Below are positions 1 through 12,589 of a stretch of DNA of 64,000 nucleotides, piece by piece; the first letter of the stretch is position 1; every line of letters starts with the position of its first letter. Source of the DNA: Epiperipatus broadwayi (lineage: Eukaryota > Animalia > Onychophora); the NCBI GenBank assembly GCA_028023455.1, contig JAQFVV010000001.1, positions 13,764,001-13,828,000 on the forward strand. Direction: 5' to 3'. Made by a program: the position numbers and the translations under genes. Under the pieces are notes generated by a model. The model saw nothing but the letters and a program-made list of their open reading frames with translations. It did not search any database and was not told where the DNA came from.

Positions 1-3000
1 AGAGAGACCTTTAGTATGCTGGTAACTATTTAAAGGTTATTTAAATTAATATTATGTAAATTTTTATTGGTCATGTGTTATACTTCGTACATAATAAAAA
101 AATTAATTTTGAATAAAATTAAACTATTCGTATGTTAATGTAAAAGTAATATGATATCTAGAATTTAAAAAAGGAAAGAGGGTATTAATTTCTAAGGAAT
201 TTATAAGAAGTTTGAGCACTAGAAAGGATAGATCTGGAAGGAAATTATGGTCTTTAAACTCTAGATGTTGTTACTTCTATCACTACACTGAAATATAGAA
301 TATATTTTGAACTATGTAGCTTTATTAAATAAGAATGAAATTAATAATTCAAGACTTGTGTTACAGATTCAGATTATGTTTAAGGTTACAATGGTATTAT
401 ATATAATTGAACATGTGTTGTAAAATTGTTATTTATTTACAGAGCTTGAAAAGTCATTTGTGATTTGACATATTTCAAATTAATTTATAAAATTAAAACT
501 CAAAGTTTTGAATTAAACAATTTTATAAGAATAAAACGTTGCTATAATATTTATATACATATATGATATAATTTATTTTATTATGTTCATTTTATAAAAA
601 CTAATTCCACATATATTAATTTGCAGTTGTATTGTGTAGACTGGATAAATCTACTTTTAAGTATGAAATACTTCAGTTTTTGGAATTATTCCTGATCGAT
701 AGCCAATGTAAGATACCTGGATAAGGCAGTTACTCGTACTGGTTCATGTTGATAAATATTTAATAATTTAAGGTAAAAACTATTTTTTTTATTTATATTT
801 TAAATTTTTTGGCAGTTTTTTTTATTATTATTATTAGGGATATAAAAATTTGTTTATTTGAATAATTTTATTTTTATGTATATAAAAAATAGCAGCTTTA
901 TAATGCAAAATTTTAATTATTAATCAGAATTATCTAATATTTATAGTATTGCATATACTAGGATACCATGCACAAATGTATGTATATTATAAACATTAAT
1001 AAATAAATATTTATATAATTACAAAAAATTAATGTTTCACTTGCTATGATGAATGATTTAATTACCATTGATTACATCTTTAGTAGTTTTTAATTACTGC
1101 GCATCAATTGATATTTATTTAACATTCAATTTCTAAAGCTTTTATAATATTTGTATTTTTAAAATATATTTTAGAAAATCTGTATATATATATATGTTTG
1201 CATATAGTATGTTTCTATTGCTTAGTTTTAAATGGGATCAGAAAAACTTATAAAATGTCAAATTATTAAATAATAGAGATTATATTTTAATCAAGTGAAT
1301 GTTTTTAAGACTTAGAAGTAATACTTTTTTTTTCTTGGATCATCTGACAACAGTCATGAGATTATATCAGACTAACACTAGGCAAGATTTGCAATAAAAA
1401 AAAATCTAGAAAAGATTTTTAGATATAAGGACATATCTTTAAAAAATGAAGATTGGAATTTTTCAAATTGTGACATTCCTAAGGGTGTAAAAGTTGAATA
1501 TTGAAAAAGATAGGATGGAAATGAAAAAATAATTAAGGAAGAGGAGAAAATAGTTGAGAGATGAAAAATGAGGATTAATCTAGATTTTTATTGCACAACT
1601 TAGGACAAGGAAAGAAGAAAATGATTACTGCAAGATTTTTTTTTTTTATAAAAGTGGAATAATGATAATGAATACTGTTCATAGTTTAAAATTGTCAAGT
1701 GAAGAATTTACATTAGAGATTTCTGGAAGGTAGGAATCATTTACATATTAATCCAAAGAATGCTTGTCAATTTCTGATCACAGTTTATTTATTAAAAAGT
1801 AACTTTTGAAAATAAATGGAAAGATGAAAGAAGTACTCTATTAATAAATTAAAGAAGAAAAAAATTTACATCTTATGGATCATAAAGTAAGTAATAGGAA
1901 GTTTAACTACATTTGATTTATAATACAATATGTAAAATTTGTACAATGGATTTGATGAAGTGAGGCCCCAAAATAACCTTAATTTTATAATAAAAAATTG
2001 TTTATTTATCTTTTAAAGTATTATAAATTTTATCTCCTTCAAAATACTGTCCATTTAATATAATACACCAGGCTAAATGTGTGTTTCACTTTTCAAAGTA
2101 GTCCGGAAACACAAAGTGAAGCCTTTTAACGCCCACGTCATTTTTCCCACCACCACTTATAAGTTAGCAAAATAAAAAAAAATTGAAGCATTTTTTCATT
2201 CAAGAGAATAAAAAATCATATGGCTAGAAATCTAGGGAATATGACTGATAGATAAGCTGGTTCGTGTTGAATTTAATTAAAACTTGTTTCATCCTCAAGA
2301 TTGCTCATAGAGGAATTGTCATGGTGAAGATTGCACTCTCACTTTGCCACTAAGCTGGACATTTATATTTTATCACATCATGCAATATTTCAGAACTTGT
2401 AGATAAAATATCTGATTGTTAAGAACAAATTTCGAGAGAAAAATGCCATTTGAGTCAATAAAAAAAATAGCATTATCTTGACATTGGACTTCACTCGCTA
2501 TGTTTTTTTTTTTTGAAAATTGTGAATTTGACAATTTCATTAAATCATGCATAAACTTGTATTTTCCCCAGAACATATTTTTTCCCTTTTTTTTAAAATA
2601 TTAGTGGCAATGGCCATAATCATTTACAAGTAGTTACTGCTGCTGATAATTTGAAACACGTGTGAATTTAATTGACATTTCTAAGGAGAGGAAGATAAGA
2701 TAAAATAAAGTTAATGTGATAGATTAGGAAGTTATTTATTAGAAAATTAACTTCTGTTGAAGTAAAGACAGGAAATTTATACAGATACAAAAATGCTTTT
2801 TCTCATGTAGATATTTGCAAGAGAAATTTGTTAAGTCTACAAAAAATTTTCTGATGTTAATTATAATTTTTTAACTTTTAGAATTTTTAAAATGCTCTTT
2901 TCAAAAAAAAACAAAACTGCAACCATAAGTTTCAATAGCACTACTGATAACATTAAACACAGAAGTTTAAATTTCAGGTACAGTGGATTTCTTTCAGTCT

Positions 3001-3540
3001 TTGTTCTTCTATAATTTCCTAAATTTAGAAACTGTTTTCTTTAGAGTTCTATTGGCAAAAATGTCATAATAATATTTTTTCTAGAAACAGTCCGTCTAGG
3101 TAAAAACATCAAGTTTGAAATTTTTTGAGCAAATTTTGCATCTGTCATTCAGGTTAGATTAGTGATGCATATATAGATTTAAGAGCAGCCAAAATTTTTT
3201 ATTTTTGAAGAAATCAAATTTTATTGATCAATATAAGATGTATAAAACTTTGAAAATATTATATAGAAAAATATTAAAATTTCATATATTGTTTGATATA
3301 GCATATAAATTAATTTTTATTTTTTTTATTTGCTTGTTTAGAATATTATTAATTCAAAGCTATATAGATCAAAGAGTTTTTGAATAGCTTAGCAGGCAAT
3401 AACTATCTCTTCAGCAACTGCATTCCCCTCTCTCTCCCTCACTAAAAAAATATTTGAGAAGGCATTGCCATGCTTACCATACAGATTTTAGTATATTTCC
3501 ATTCTTATTTCATTTTCAATAAATTGTAGTTTGATACCAA

Positions 3541-4694
3541 TTTTCCAACCAATATTAAATGACAAGTTAGTAGTGATTATTGACCATTTGTTTGGAAGAA
3601 AGAACCATAATTTGTTCAGAATCTAAGAAAATTTTCAAGTTTTAACCAATCTGGTCACAAGTCCAAGGTTGGATTGGTAGGCAGATTCTCTATACAATAC
3701 GCCATAGAAGTCTTAATTTTTATAATCAGTTACAATTTTAGACACATAAATGTTCAGACATTTATAAAGAAAAGATAGACATAAGTAGTTTTAAAAATTG
3801 ACTTTATTCTTGCTGAGCATAATTTTACTTTAAAGAAATAATACCAATTAAGGAGCTCCGATCTTCCATGAAATACTAAAGAAAACAATATGACAAGATA
3901 ATCAATCGACCTTGTCTTATATTTTCTTATTTTTATTAATGACCAATATTTATTTGAAGAGTCTCTGTTTGACTTTGTCTTGACTCTATTAACATACTAA
4001 TGATGTCTTCCATTCATGAATGCATGAAATTTTTTTGAATAGTTTGAGTTGGTTTTGAAATATTATTTCTGCACAGGTTGGCATTAAGCTCACTCTGTAA
4101 ATATGTAAACTGGTTATCCCAGTACTTAAATGAAAAGCAATATAGAGACTTCACAACACTTAAAAGAAATATGAAGAAATGCATGTTAGGAATAACAAGA
4201 ATAGATGGAAGAAAGTCATCAAAAGGTAGTGATGACATAGACTTATTGAATGTGTGTAAAAGAAAATCTATATTGTGGTTTTATTTGTTTGAGAAAAATC
4301 TAGTAGCAATTAATACGGAAGTATCCAAATAAATTTATTGCAGAGGTAGATTATATTTTGTCTAACAGAAAATATATATTTCAAGACTATAATACACTTA
4401 TTATATTCCATACTGCAAATGATCATCAATTATTGAGATATAAAATATGTGTTAATGCATTCTTATTTCATCTTTAACAAAAAGAGTAGCTTGATTGATA
4501 TCGATTTTCCAACCAATATTAAATGGCAAGTTAATGGCTGATTATTGGCCATTTGCTTGGAAGAAAAAATCTTTAATTTGTTCAGAATCTAAGAAATTTT
4601 TTAAGTTTTAACCAATCTGAACACAAGCCTAAGATTGGATTGATAGGCAGAATTATCATAGAAGTCTTAATTTTTGTAATCACTTATAATTTTA
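3541..4694. repeat. Pair of ~190-bp diverged direct repeats (3541-3740 and 4505-4694)
   Basis: Both start TTTTCCAACCAATATTAAATG, share AATTTGTTCAGAATCTAAGAAA and TTTTAACCAATCTG, and end ATAGAAGTCTTAATTTTT(A/G)TAATCA; about 965 bp apart. Confidence 0.85.
4100..4332 (+). mobile_element. RTE-type LINE C-terminal remnant
   Basis: ORF 4078-4332 contains RNMKKCMLGITRIDGRK, resembling the RTE C-terminal motif (QRxMERxMLGITRxDR) also seen at ~19120-19160. Confidence 0.5.
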
Positions 4695-5080
4695 CTACAC
4701 TCTAATATTTGTTAAATTTACAAATATATGATATAGAACATTGAAGTTCTTTCTAATATGAAATTTAGATTTGTTTTATGATACATAATCTTCAATCATT
4801 AGAAAAATACTTATGAAATAAGAACCATCCTCTGTAGTTTTGGAAAATTTCTTAGCTTGCCAACATTATTAATCAGATTTCCAAAATGGTAAAAATTTAT
4901 TTAAAACAAGTGCCATTTAGTTTGTTGAAAGTAGGAAAAAAGTTATATATTTTTTAATTGTGATACTATTCCAAATAAAGCTCACAGAAAGTAGCTTTAA
5001 AACAGGCAAACTCTCCATACAGTTTTGCCACTCAGTGCAAGCCAGAGTAATCAATGGATCCAGAAGGCTTTGTGCATATT

Positions 5081-5140
5081 CATCCAATATCCCTAGACTA
5101 GTTTCTGTCTTGTGGCCTTCGTCAGTGAGAAGCCTTCAAT
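5081..5140 (-). ncRNA. Type I hammerhead motif (family A) in the inverted segment; core intact, stems I and II damaged
   Basis: Minus strand reads TTCTCA-CTGACGA-AGGCCACAAGACA-GAAA-CTAG-TC-TAGGGATATTGGAT. Confidence 0.7.
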
Positions 5141-5569
5141 CTGAAAGCACTAAACTAGTCTGGGGATATTGTATGAGTAGGCACTAGATGGGGATTTTAT
5201 GCACAAGCCTTCTGGCATCCATTGATTACTCTAGCTTGTTGTGTGTGGCAATATGTATAGTGAATTTTGCCTGTTTTAACAACAGTTATACACAAGCATA
5301 AGAAGAGGTAATCATGTGGTGTTTATTGGCTTAAAACCAATCCTGCCTAATAGGATAATGGTGGCTATGGTTATTAAAGAACCAAAGACACCAAAATGTA
5401 TGGGTACTGAACAGGTTCAGACCCATATGACTATATAAGCTAATGGGCTTGGATTGAAAACATTAAGGTGTTTTCAGTTTAAGACTCATAGTTTTGTAGT
5501 TAAATGGAGATAAAAGGTGGTTGCTGGAGGGTTGCATTAGATCCTAAGATCTAGATGCAGGACTCTCAG

Positions 5570-5628
5570 ATCCAAGGTTCTTCACTGACGAAGGCCATAA
5601 GCCAGAAACTAGTCTGGGGGTATTGGAC
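5570..5628 (+). ncRNA. Type I hammerhead ribozyme motif (family A), intact core
   Basis: ATCCAA-GGT-TCTTCA-CTGACGA(5585-5591)-A-GGC-CATAA-GCC-A-GAAA-CTAG-TC(5614)-TGGGGG-TA-TTGGA. Stem I pairs with G-U wobbles; palindromic ACUAGU stem III; GUC cleavage triplet. Confidence 0.8.
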
Positions 5629-6090
5629 GAGTAGGCACTAGATGGGGATTTTATGCACAAGCCTTCTGGCATCCATTGATTACTCTAGCTTGTTGTGTGT
5701 AGCAATATATATATATATATAGTGAGTTTTGCCTGTTTTAACAACAGTTATACACAAGCATAAGAGGAGGTAGTCATGTGATGTTTATGATTACCATTTC
5801 TTATGCTTGCTTATAACTTATTAAAACAGTTTATTGATGTTTATTGGCTTAAAACCAATTCTGCCTAATAGGATAGTGGTGGCTATGATTATTAAAGAAC
5901 CAAAGGCATCAAAATTTATAGGTACTGAATTGAGTTTAGACCTGTTTGACTATATAAGATAATGAGCTTGGATTGAAAATATTATTGTGTTTTCAATTTA
6001 AGACTCATAGTTTTTTTTAGTTAAGTAGAGATAAAAGGTAGATGCTGGAGGATTGCATTAGATCCTAAGATCTAGGTGCAGTGCTCTCAG

Positions 6091-6149
6091 ATCCAAGGCT
6101 CCTCACTGACAAAGGCCATAAGCCAGAGACTAGTCTACGGATATTGGAT
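6091..6149 (+). ncRNA. Degenerate hammerhead motif (family A), predicted inactive
   Basis: CTGACAA (G8>A) and GAGA instead of GAAA, in the same sequence context as 5570-5628. Confidence 0.7.
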
Positions 6150-8946
6150 GAGTAGGCACTAGATGGGAATTTTAGGCACAAGCCTTCTGGCATCCATTGA
6201 TTATTCTGGCTTGCATTGAGTGGCAATATTGTATGGAAAGTTTTGCCTGTTTTCATAACAATTATAAGCAAGCATAAGAAATGGTGATGTGTGATGTTTA
6301 TTGTTATAAAGTGACATTCTGACTAGGCAAAATTTAAATTAATTTCACTTTTTATATAAATCTTAGCAGAAATAAATATAATAAAGCTGATGTTTTTGTT
6401 TTTTTTAATTTGAATAGGTGAAATGTATAAATCCCAAGATTTCTCATTTAACACATTACTCACTTAATAGGGATCATGTTTTAATGATTATAGAATGAAT
6501 GGTTAAGTTTTAACAAGATTGTGAGGCTGGACCTTACAAAAGAAAGACATGCAAAGTAATTTAAAATGTGAGAATGACAATAAAAATTTGGTTGTAATTT
6601 TGTAAATCAATAATATCAATAATTTTTATATCAATGGTAGCCAACCTTTTTAATAAAGAAACATCTTGTTTAAATATCCCCAACTAAAAAAAAAAACATA
6701 AAAGACCATCCAGAGAGTAGATGAAATATAGGTTGATGAAAAATATAGATTTTTGAATAGTTGTGGTTATACTTGAACATTCATTTTTAGTAATAAAATA
6801 TAACAGAATCAATGTTTATATAGCAAAAATTGAAATTCTTTTAAAAATGAAAGGGAAAAAAGTAGTAAAAAAAAAATATTTTGATACTTAGATTTATTTA
6901 CAAATTTTTAATATTTAAACATGCACCATACACAGTACTTATTCTATAATAAGACTGAATCTAAGAAGCTATGTGGAAAAGAGCATTTTTCGCTCCTAGA
7001 GTCATGAACATATTTATCTACAAACTACAAGTAAAAATAAAAAATGTGTTTATATTTATCATGATAAAAAAGAACCATAATCTTAAGGTCAAAGAGCTAT
7101 CTGCAGTTCAAGAGAGGTAGGTTGCTGATCCTTGGATTATGTACTACAGTATATAAAATTAGGTGATAAATGATTTTAACTGTGATTCTTTAAAATCACA
7201 TTTACAGAATAAAAAAGTAAACTTCCTTGCTCTTTCTTAAATGATGATTTATTTTTGTTTTTGAAAATACTTGAAAAAACCTTTTTTCCACTTCTATTTT
7301 TATTTAATTGGAACTTCTTTTCATTTCTTATATTCTTAAAACAGATAAAATAATATTATAAGCATATTAAATTTTTATCATGAAAAGCTAACAGTTTATT
7401 TTTAAAATATTTGTTTTAAAGCCATTATACTCGGGCACTTTTTATATCTTAAAATAATGTTTATGAAAATGCACAAAAATATGCTATATATGTCAATATT
7501 TATAAATCAATACTAGACACACTGTGAAACTATCCCAATCAAACATTATTAACATCAATTTTGCAGGAATTTTTCTTCAGTTTATTACAGTTTTATGTGA
7601 TAAGGATATATATTCTTTACATATAATTAATTGTGTAGTTTTTGTTTTGGTGCAGTGATAGAAATTGCAGATTCTGGAACTTAAGTTCCATTGATTAAGA
7701 CCAGTTTTGGCACTTCCAGCACTCCAACTTTTTATGAACTCCAATTAATAAAATTATTAGATTTATTTATTTTTTAATTGTGTAATGTTATTTTAATATT
7801 ACAATTAATTGGCACACATCTACCTGTAGCAGTAGAAATGGTTAGAGGAGCAAAAAAGATTAATGAAATCTTTAATTACCAGTAAATGTATTTTTTCTTT
7901 AATTTTATATTTCAATATATATATTAATTTATTAATATAGTATGTGTATCCAAGATTTAATAAAAAAATTTAAGCCAAATTGTTTTAGAATATTTCAACT
8001 AAGAATAGTTTGATATAATTCATCAATTAATTTTTGATGGGAAGATGGTTTAATTATGAGCCAGTTATTTGAAAATACTCTGAGCTTCCTGCTTTTTTCT
8101 GGATTTGAATTTATATCAAACATGTTTTTGTTTTTTTTCTTAGTTTGTTTGCTCATTATGTACTGTTGAGATAATAAACAATTAGATTTTAAACTTTTTA
8201 GTAATTAATTGATCATAAGATTGTATATTTACTGTTTTTATCAAATAAAGTTGTGAAAATGACATGAAATTGTTGAAAGTACTCTCAACTGAATATTAAT
8301 AATCTATAAAGAATAATAGTGATTATTTTAGTAAAAGAAGTGTATATTATTGCAGTTATAATTAATTATCTTTTTAGTTCACTAACTTTCTTGGTTTATA
8401 TTACATATATAGACATAATGCAGAATTTCTTTATATAAAAAATATAATTTATTATATTCAGAATTTCATGCATAAAAATATTCCCATTTGTCTGCATTAC
8501 CTTTATTTATTTATTTTTAGGTTTTTTTTTTTTTATCAACTCTTGATTATTTCTGAATAAAATAATTTGGACTATTTAAAATTTGAATTTCATTGATTCA
8601 TGGCTTCTTACATTGATATGATAAGTGCATTTTATAATTCAATTCTTTTGTTATAAATTGATTGAACATAAAAAATTTGTAAATACTGTGGCATTTTTTA
8701 CACTTTTAATCTTTATAAATGGAAATTATTTGTTACTGCTCAAATTACTATAAAAATTTACTATTTAATGTACCAATAATTAATCTGAATGCTGTTCTTT
8801 TGTTTAATATTGATTAGGCTATAAAATTTATAATTATTTGTGTTTTATTATGTTTTTGCATTTTTAATCTTTGTAAATGACAATTATTTGCTACTCTTCT
8901 AATTATTATAAAATATTACTTGCTTCGAAAACTTTATGTGTCAAAA

Positions 8947-9508
8947 TTATATGAGTAAAACACTATTGGCACTATTAACACTTTGACCTGCAAAGCTACT
9001 GTTTACATTTATTATTAAATTTCTCTGCTGAGCGCTTTCGAGAGGCGTGCTCTCATATTTATAGCTCCGAGTGAAGTAACTCTGTAATTATATGCAAATT
9101 ATACAAGGTTAAAGGTCAATATACCATGACACAGACAGATCCATCACGCTATTCCATTTTTGCACTACATCAGAAACTGGCAGAACACCAGTGTGAACCA
9201 CAAGAGATCAACCTGGTCTGCAAAGAGAGACATGGTGTGAAAAGAAAAGTGAAAGAGGCTTGCTTCATCGCTATGGATTGCAACGCTATCAATCGTAAAG
9301 ACACATGCTTCTCGATATCTAAGAAATGGAGCAATTGACCTTTAACCTTGTATAATTTGCATATAATTACAGAGAGTTACTTTATTCAGAGCTATGAATA
9401 TGAGAGCACGCCTCTCAAAAGCGCTCAGCAGAGAAATTTAATAATAAATGAAAACAGTAGCTTTGCAGGTTAGGTGTTAATAGTGCCAATACTGTTTTAC
9501 TCATATAA
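8947..9508 (+). mobile_element. 5'-truncated Penelope-like element end with inverted pseudo-LTR (~175-bp arms, 8947-9120 and 9334-9508)
   Basis: Near-perfect long inverted repeat. The spacer ORF 9126-9338 (HQKLAEHQC...KRKVKEACFIAMDCNAINRKDTCFSISKKWS) matches the C-terminus of Penelope GIY-YIG endonucleases. Confidence 0.8.
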
Positions 9509-12500
9509 AATATTATCATGTAAGTAAATCAATAAGAAATATATTTCCAGTAATAATTTAGGATATGTAGATAATCTTTTTAACTTTTTGGATCAGTCGC
9601 TGAGTGTGAACGCTGTGAATATGACTTTGATGGAAAGCATTGTTCACCCATGTATTATTTAAAGTTTAAATAAGTTAATCTTCTCTTTGGAATCAAATAA
9701 ATGCTTATCTTAGAATATTTTGCAGTGAAAATTTACTCTATCTATCATTTCTTAAATTGTACAAAACTTTTAAGAATTTATTTTCTAGTTTAAAACTCTT
9801 TATATTAGTAATTCTAAACTTATTATGCACCTTTCACTTATGATTATAGAACAGTGTTAGGTGGTCTGTGGCTGTGTTATTGATTTGGTATTAAAGATCT
9901 TGAATTTTTCTCTAAACACTGTAAGATCTTGATGATCATAGATTATTATTTTATATTGTTTTAGATCATGTTTTTATTTGTTTCTTTGTTGTAGATTTCT
10001 TTTTTTTCAATCAGCATTTGCATATTAATGAGAAACATTCACATTCAAATCCTGTTATGCTATTGTAGATTTTTGTTTATTGAATAAAAAAAAATTGATT
10101 ATAGAATTGCATTATAAGCTGGTAGCTTACAACTTATACATAGTTGGAAAAATAGTTGTTCAAGCACTGGAAATTCTAGATTAATCTTTGTTACAAGAAT
10201 CTTGTTATCTGGTCCATCATTACTATTGTGCTAAATCACACAATTAGCCTTCAAATTCCTTTTGTCAAAATATTATATTTAGATTTGACAATTTTAATAT
10301 GATCTTTAAATGCTATTCCTGTAGATATTTTTATTGCATATATATATTTATATGTGTAAAAAAAAAAAACATTGGCAAAAATACATTCATATTGGAATGT
10401 TTTTGTGAGCATTTTTTGATGATAATAAAATATTTACTTATCTTTTTTGATGTCCATTATGGTCTTAATAAAAGCTTATAAAAAGCCATGTATAAAATTT
10501 TCTCTTTGAGTACTTATTTTCATTTATTTTTTATAACTGAAAATGTATTTTGAGGAATGAGAAATATATATATTGAAAGGTGTATTTTATTTTGAGTCAG
10601 AAGTTATTTTTATTATTATTGTGATAGTTTTTTTCATTGTTTGTATTGAGGATTGACAATTTATGAATCTTCTAATAATGATGAATTTGCTTTTCTTAAA
10701 TTTTTTTACTTTTTCATATTAATTTACTTGATGCTGGTGCATAAATTTAGAGAGAATTTTATTCTGAATGCATAATTTATAATTTTTTTAATTTATAAAA
10801 GTTATAATTTTGTTCTATAAATTTTGGTTTGCTTTTTTATTATTGAAAAATTTTATCTATTGTTTTAATTACTTAATATAAACTTCTAATAATAAATTCT
10901 TAGAATATATTTATAATTTGATTTCAGATTGGTACTAAAATATTATCTGAGCCATCTTTTATTATAGTGATAATTAATTATTTTATATATATATATTCAT
11001 TTTTCTCATAAATAACTACATTTTATAATGTAGTGTGATATAATCATTATAGACTCTCTTAGGTTAACCATGCATTTGCTTTTTAAATAACTTTTATTTA
11101 AATGATCACATTTTTTAAAATTTGAATATTTCTATCCTTTTTTTTCACAACAGTTTTTGATTCTAAAAATTTTACTCTCCTAATTTTTTTTACAGTTATG
11201 CCTCAAAAGAAATAAATTTGTCTGTGTGAGTGTGGTAAAAGGTTTAATTCTATACAAATGACATCAGAAACATTTTTTTCTCCATTCCTTTCTTTATTTA
11301 TTTCTTTTACATAAATATTTCAAAAGAATTTCATTTTTGTCTATAATACTATGATAAACATTTAAATTAGTTTTTTTTTTAATTTTTTTTTCCAATTTTT
11401 CTATTGGTTTCAAAATAACTATACTTTATGGAGTTCTGAATTATCAGAAATAATTCACATCATAATAATTTTGTCATTTCAAAAATTATTATTTCTAAAT
11501 GCCAATTTTTTATATGTTTCAATATACTCCATTTCCTCCATATCAACATTTTAAGTTTTTTATTTCTAGATTTTTAATACTATGTTAATGTCCTTATTTT
11601 AAGACCTTTCATAGTTGTAGTTTTTCATATTTATTTTTGTCATAAATCTAAGATATATATAATCACTTTTATTATCCTCATATTTCCATATCAATACATG
11701 TAATAACATTCCATTTTTTTCTTTCAGCACCTTTTTTTTCTTTTACAGTCAATGAAAATGTCCAAATAGTTTTTTTTATACGAGAAGCAATTCTTACATT
11801 TTATTTGCTTTTGTTTCTAAGTCATTTGTTGTAACTTATCACTTTTTGTGAAGATGTTTAAATTTCTATATTTGCTTTTAGTCAGAAATACCTATGCATT
11901 TATATATCTTTATATGAATTACATTTTAACTTCTAATTTTTAAATTATTATATTTTTATTATCAGTTTAGATATGTTTTGACTGTATTTGTACAGTCATC
12001 TACTAACTACATGTTTGTAATGTTTTAACTTTTGGGCAAAGATTGAAAATAAATAGACTGATGGCTGTTTGAAAACAATTGAAATTTGTCTAAATAATAG
12101 TAAAGAATATGAAATATAGGAATAATTGAGTGAAATCTTCCCAGAGACATCATTTTATTTTAAAATCAAATCATCTAGAAGATAAAAAAAAAACTTCTAT
12201 CATGAACTATGTCTTAATTGACAATATATTATATTAGTTATATTAATATGTATGCTTTAGAGTTTTTTTTTATTTTATTGGTTCATATATTGGTGAGAAA
12301 GTATGAGTTTAATTACAAGAAGATTAATTGCTGTAATTATTTAGAAATGGAAAAATAGAAGATAATCATTTCTCTCTACCAGTAGAATATTATTAATCTG
12401 ACTTTTATTCAAAAACTTTTATTCTGACAAAAATTTTATAGCTGATATTTAATCTTTTATAATAAATTTATCCACACATTTATAAACCAAATTAGACAAA

Positions 12501-12589
12501 ATAAAATCTATAAATTCACCTTTTTGCAATAGCAGTGCTATGGCTTCTCTTTATCAGAGTCAGGAATCTCTCAACCACTATGCCCAGAG

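Larger units (their letters stand above)
4997..6302 (+). mobile_element. Family A non-autonomous Penelope-type/retrozyme-like array: 5' inverted segment (4997-~5150) plus tandem HHR-delimited monomers (GUC sites at 5160, 5614, 6135)
   Basis: Repeated unit ACTAGTCTGGGG-ATTGGA...CCTTCTGGCATCCATTGATTA...CCTAATAGGATA...GGTTGCATTAGATCCTAAGATCTAG...CTGAC(G/A)AAGGCCATAAGCCAG. Monomer lengths are 454 and 521 nt. No intact ORF. Confidence 0.85.

Noticed and set aside
1240-1900. Purine-rich stretch with faint APE/RTE-like words (DYIL, SDH); similar faint relics at ~11300-11900, 28780-29700 and 62200-62480
   Set aside because: Too decayed to assign by eye.
4960-5187. ORFs 4960-5187, 6065-6271 and 48173-48394 sharing AYSSNI.RLVS.LWP.SVRSL
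   Set aside because: These are antisense translations of the family A hammerhead region. The similarity reflects the repeat, and the frames start and stop inconsistently.
8947-9508. MITE/foldback DNA transposon interpretation of the long inverted repeat
   Set aside because: The spacer encodes a Penelope GIY-YIG C-terminus, so an inverted pLTR explains it better; no clear DNA-transposon TSD.
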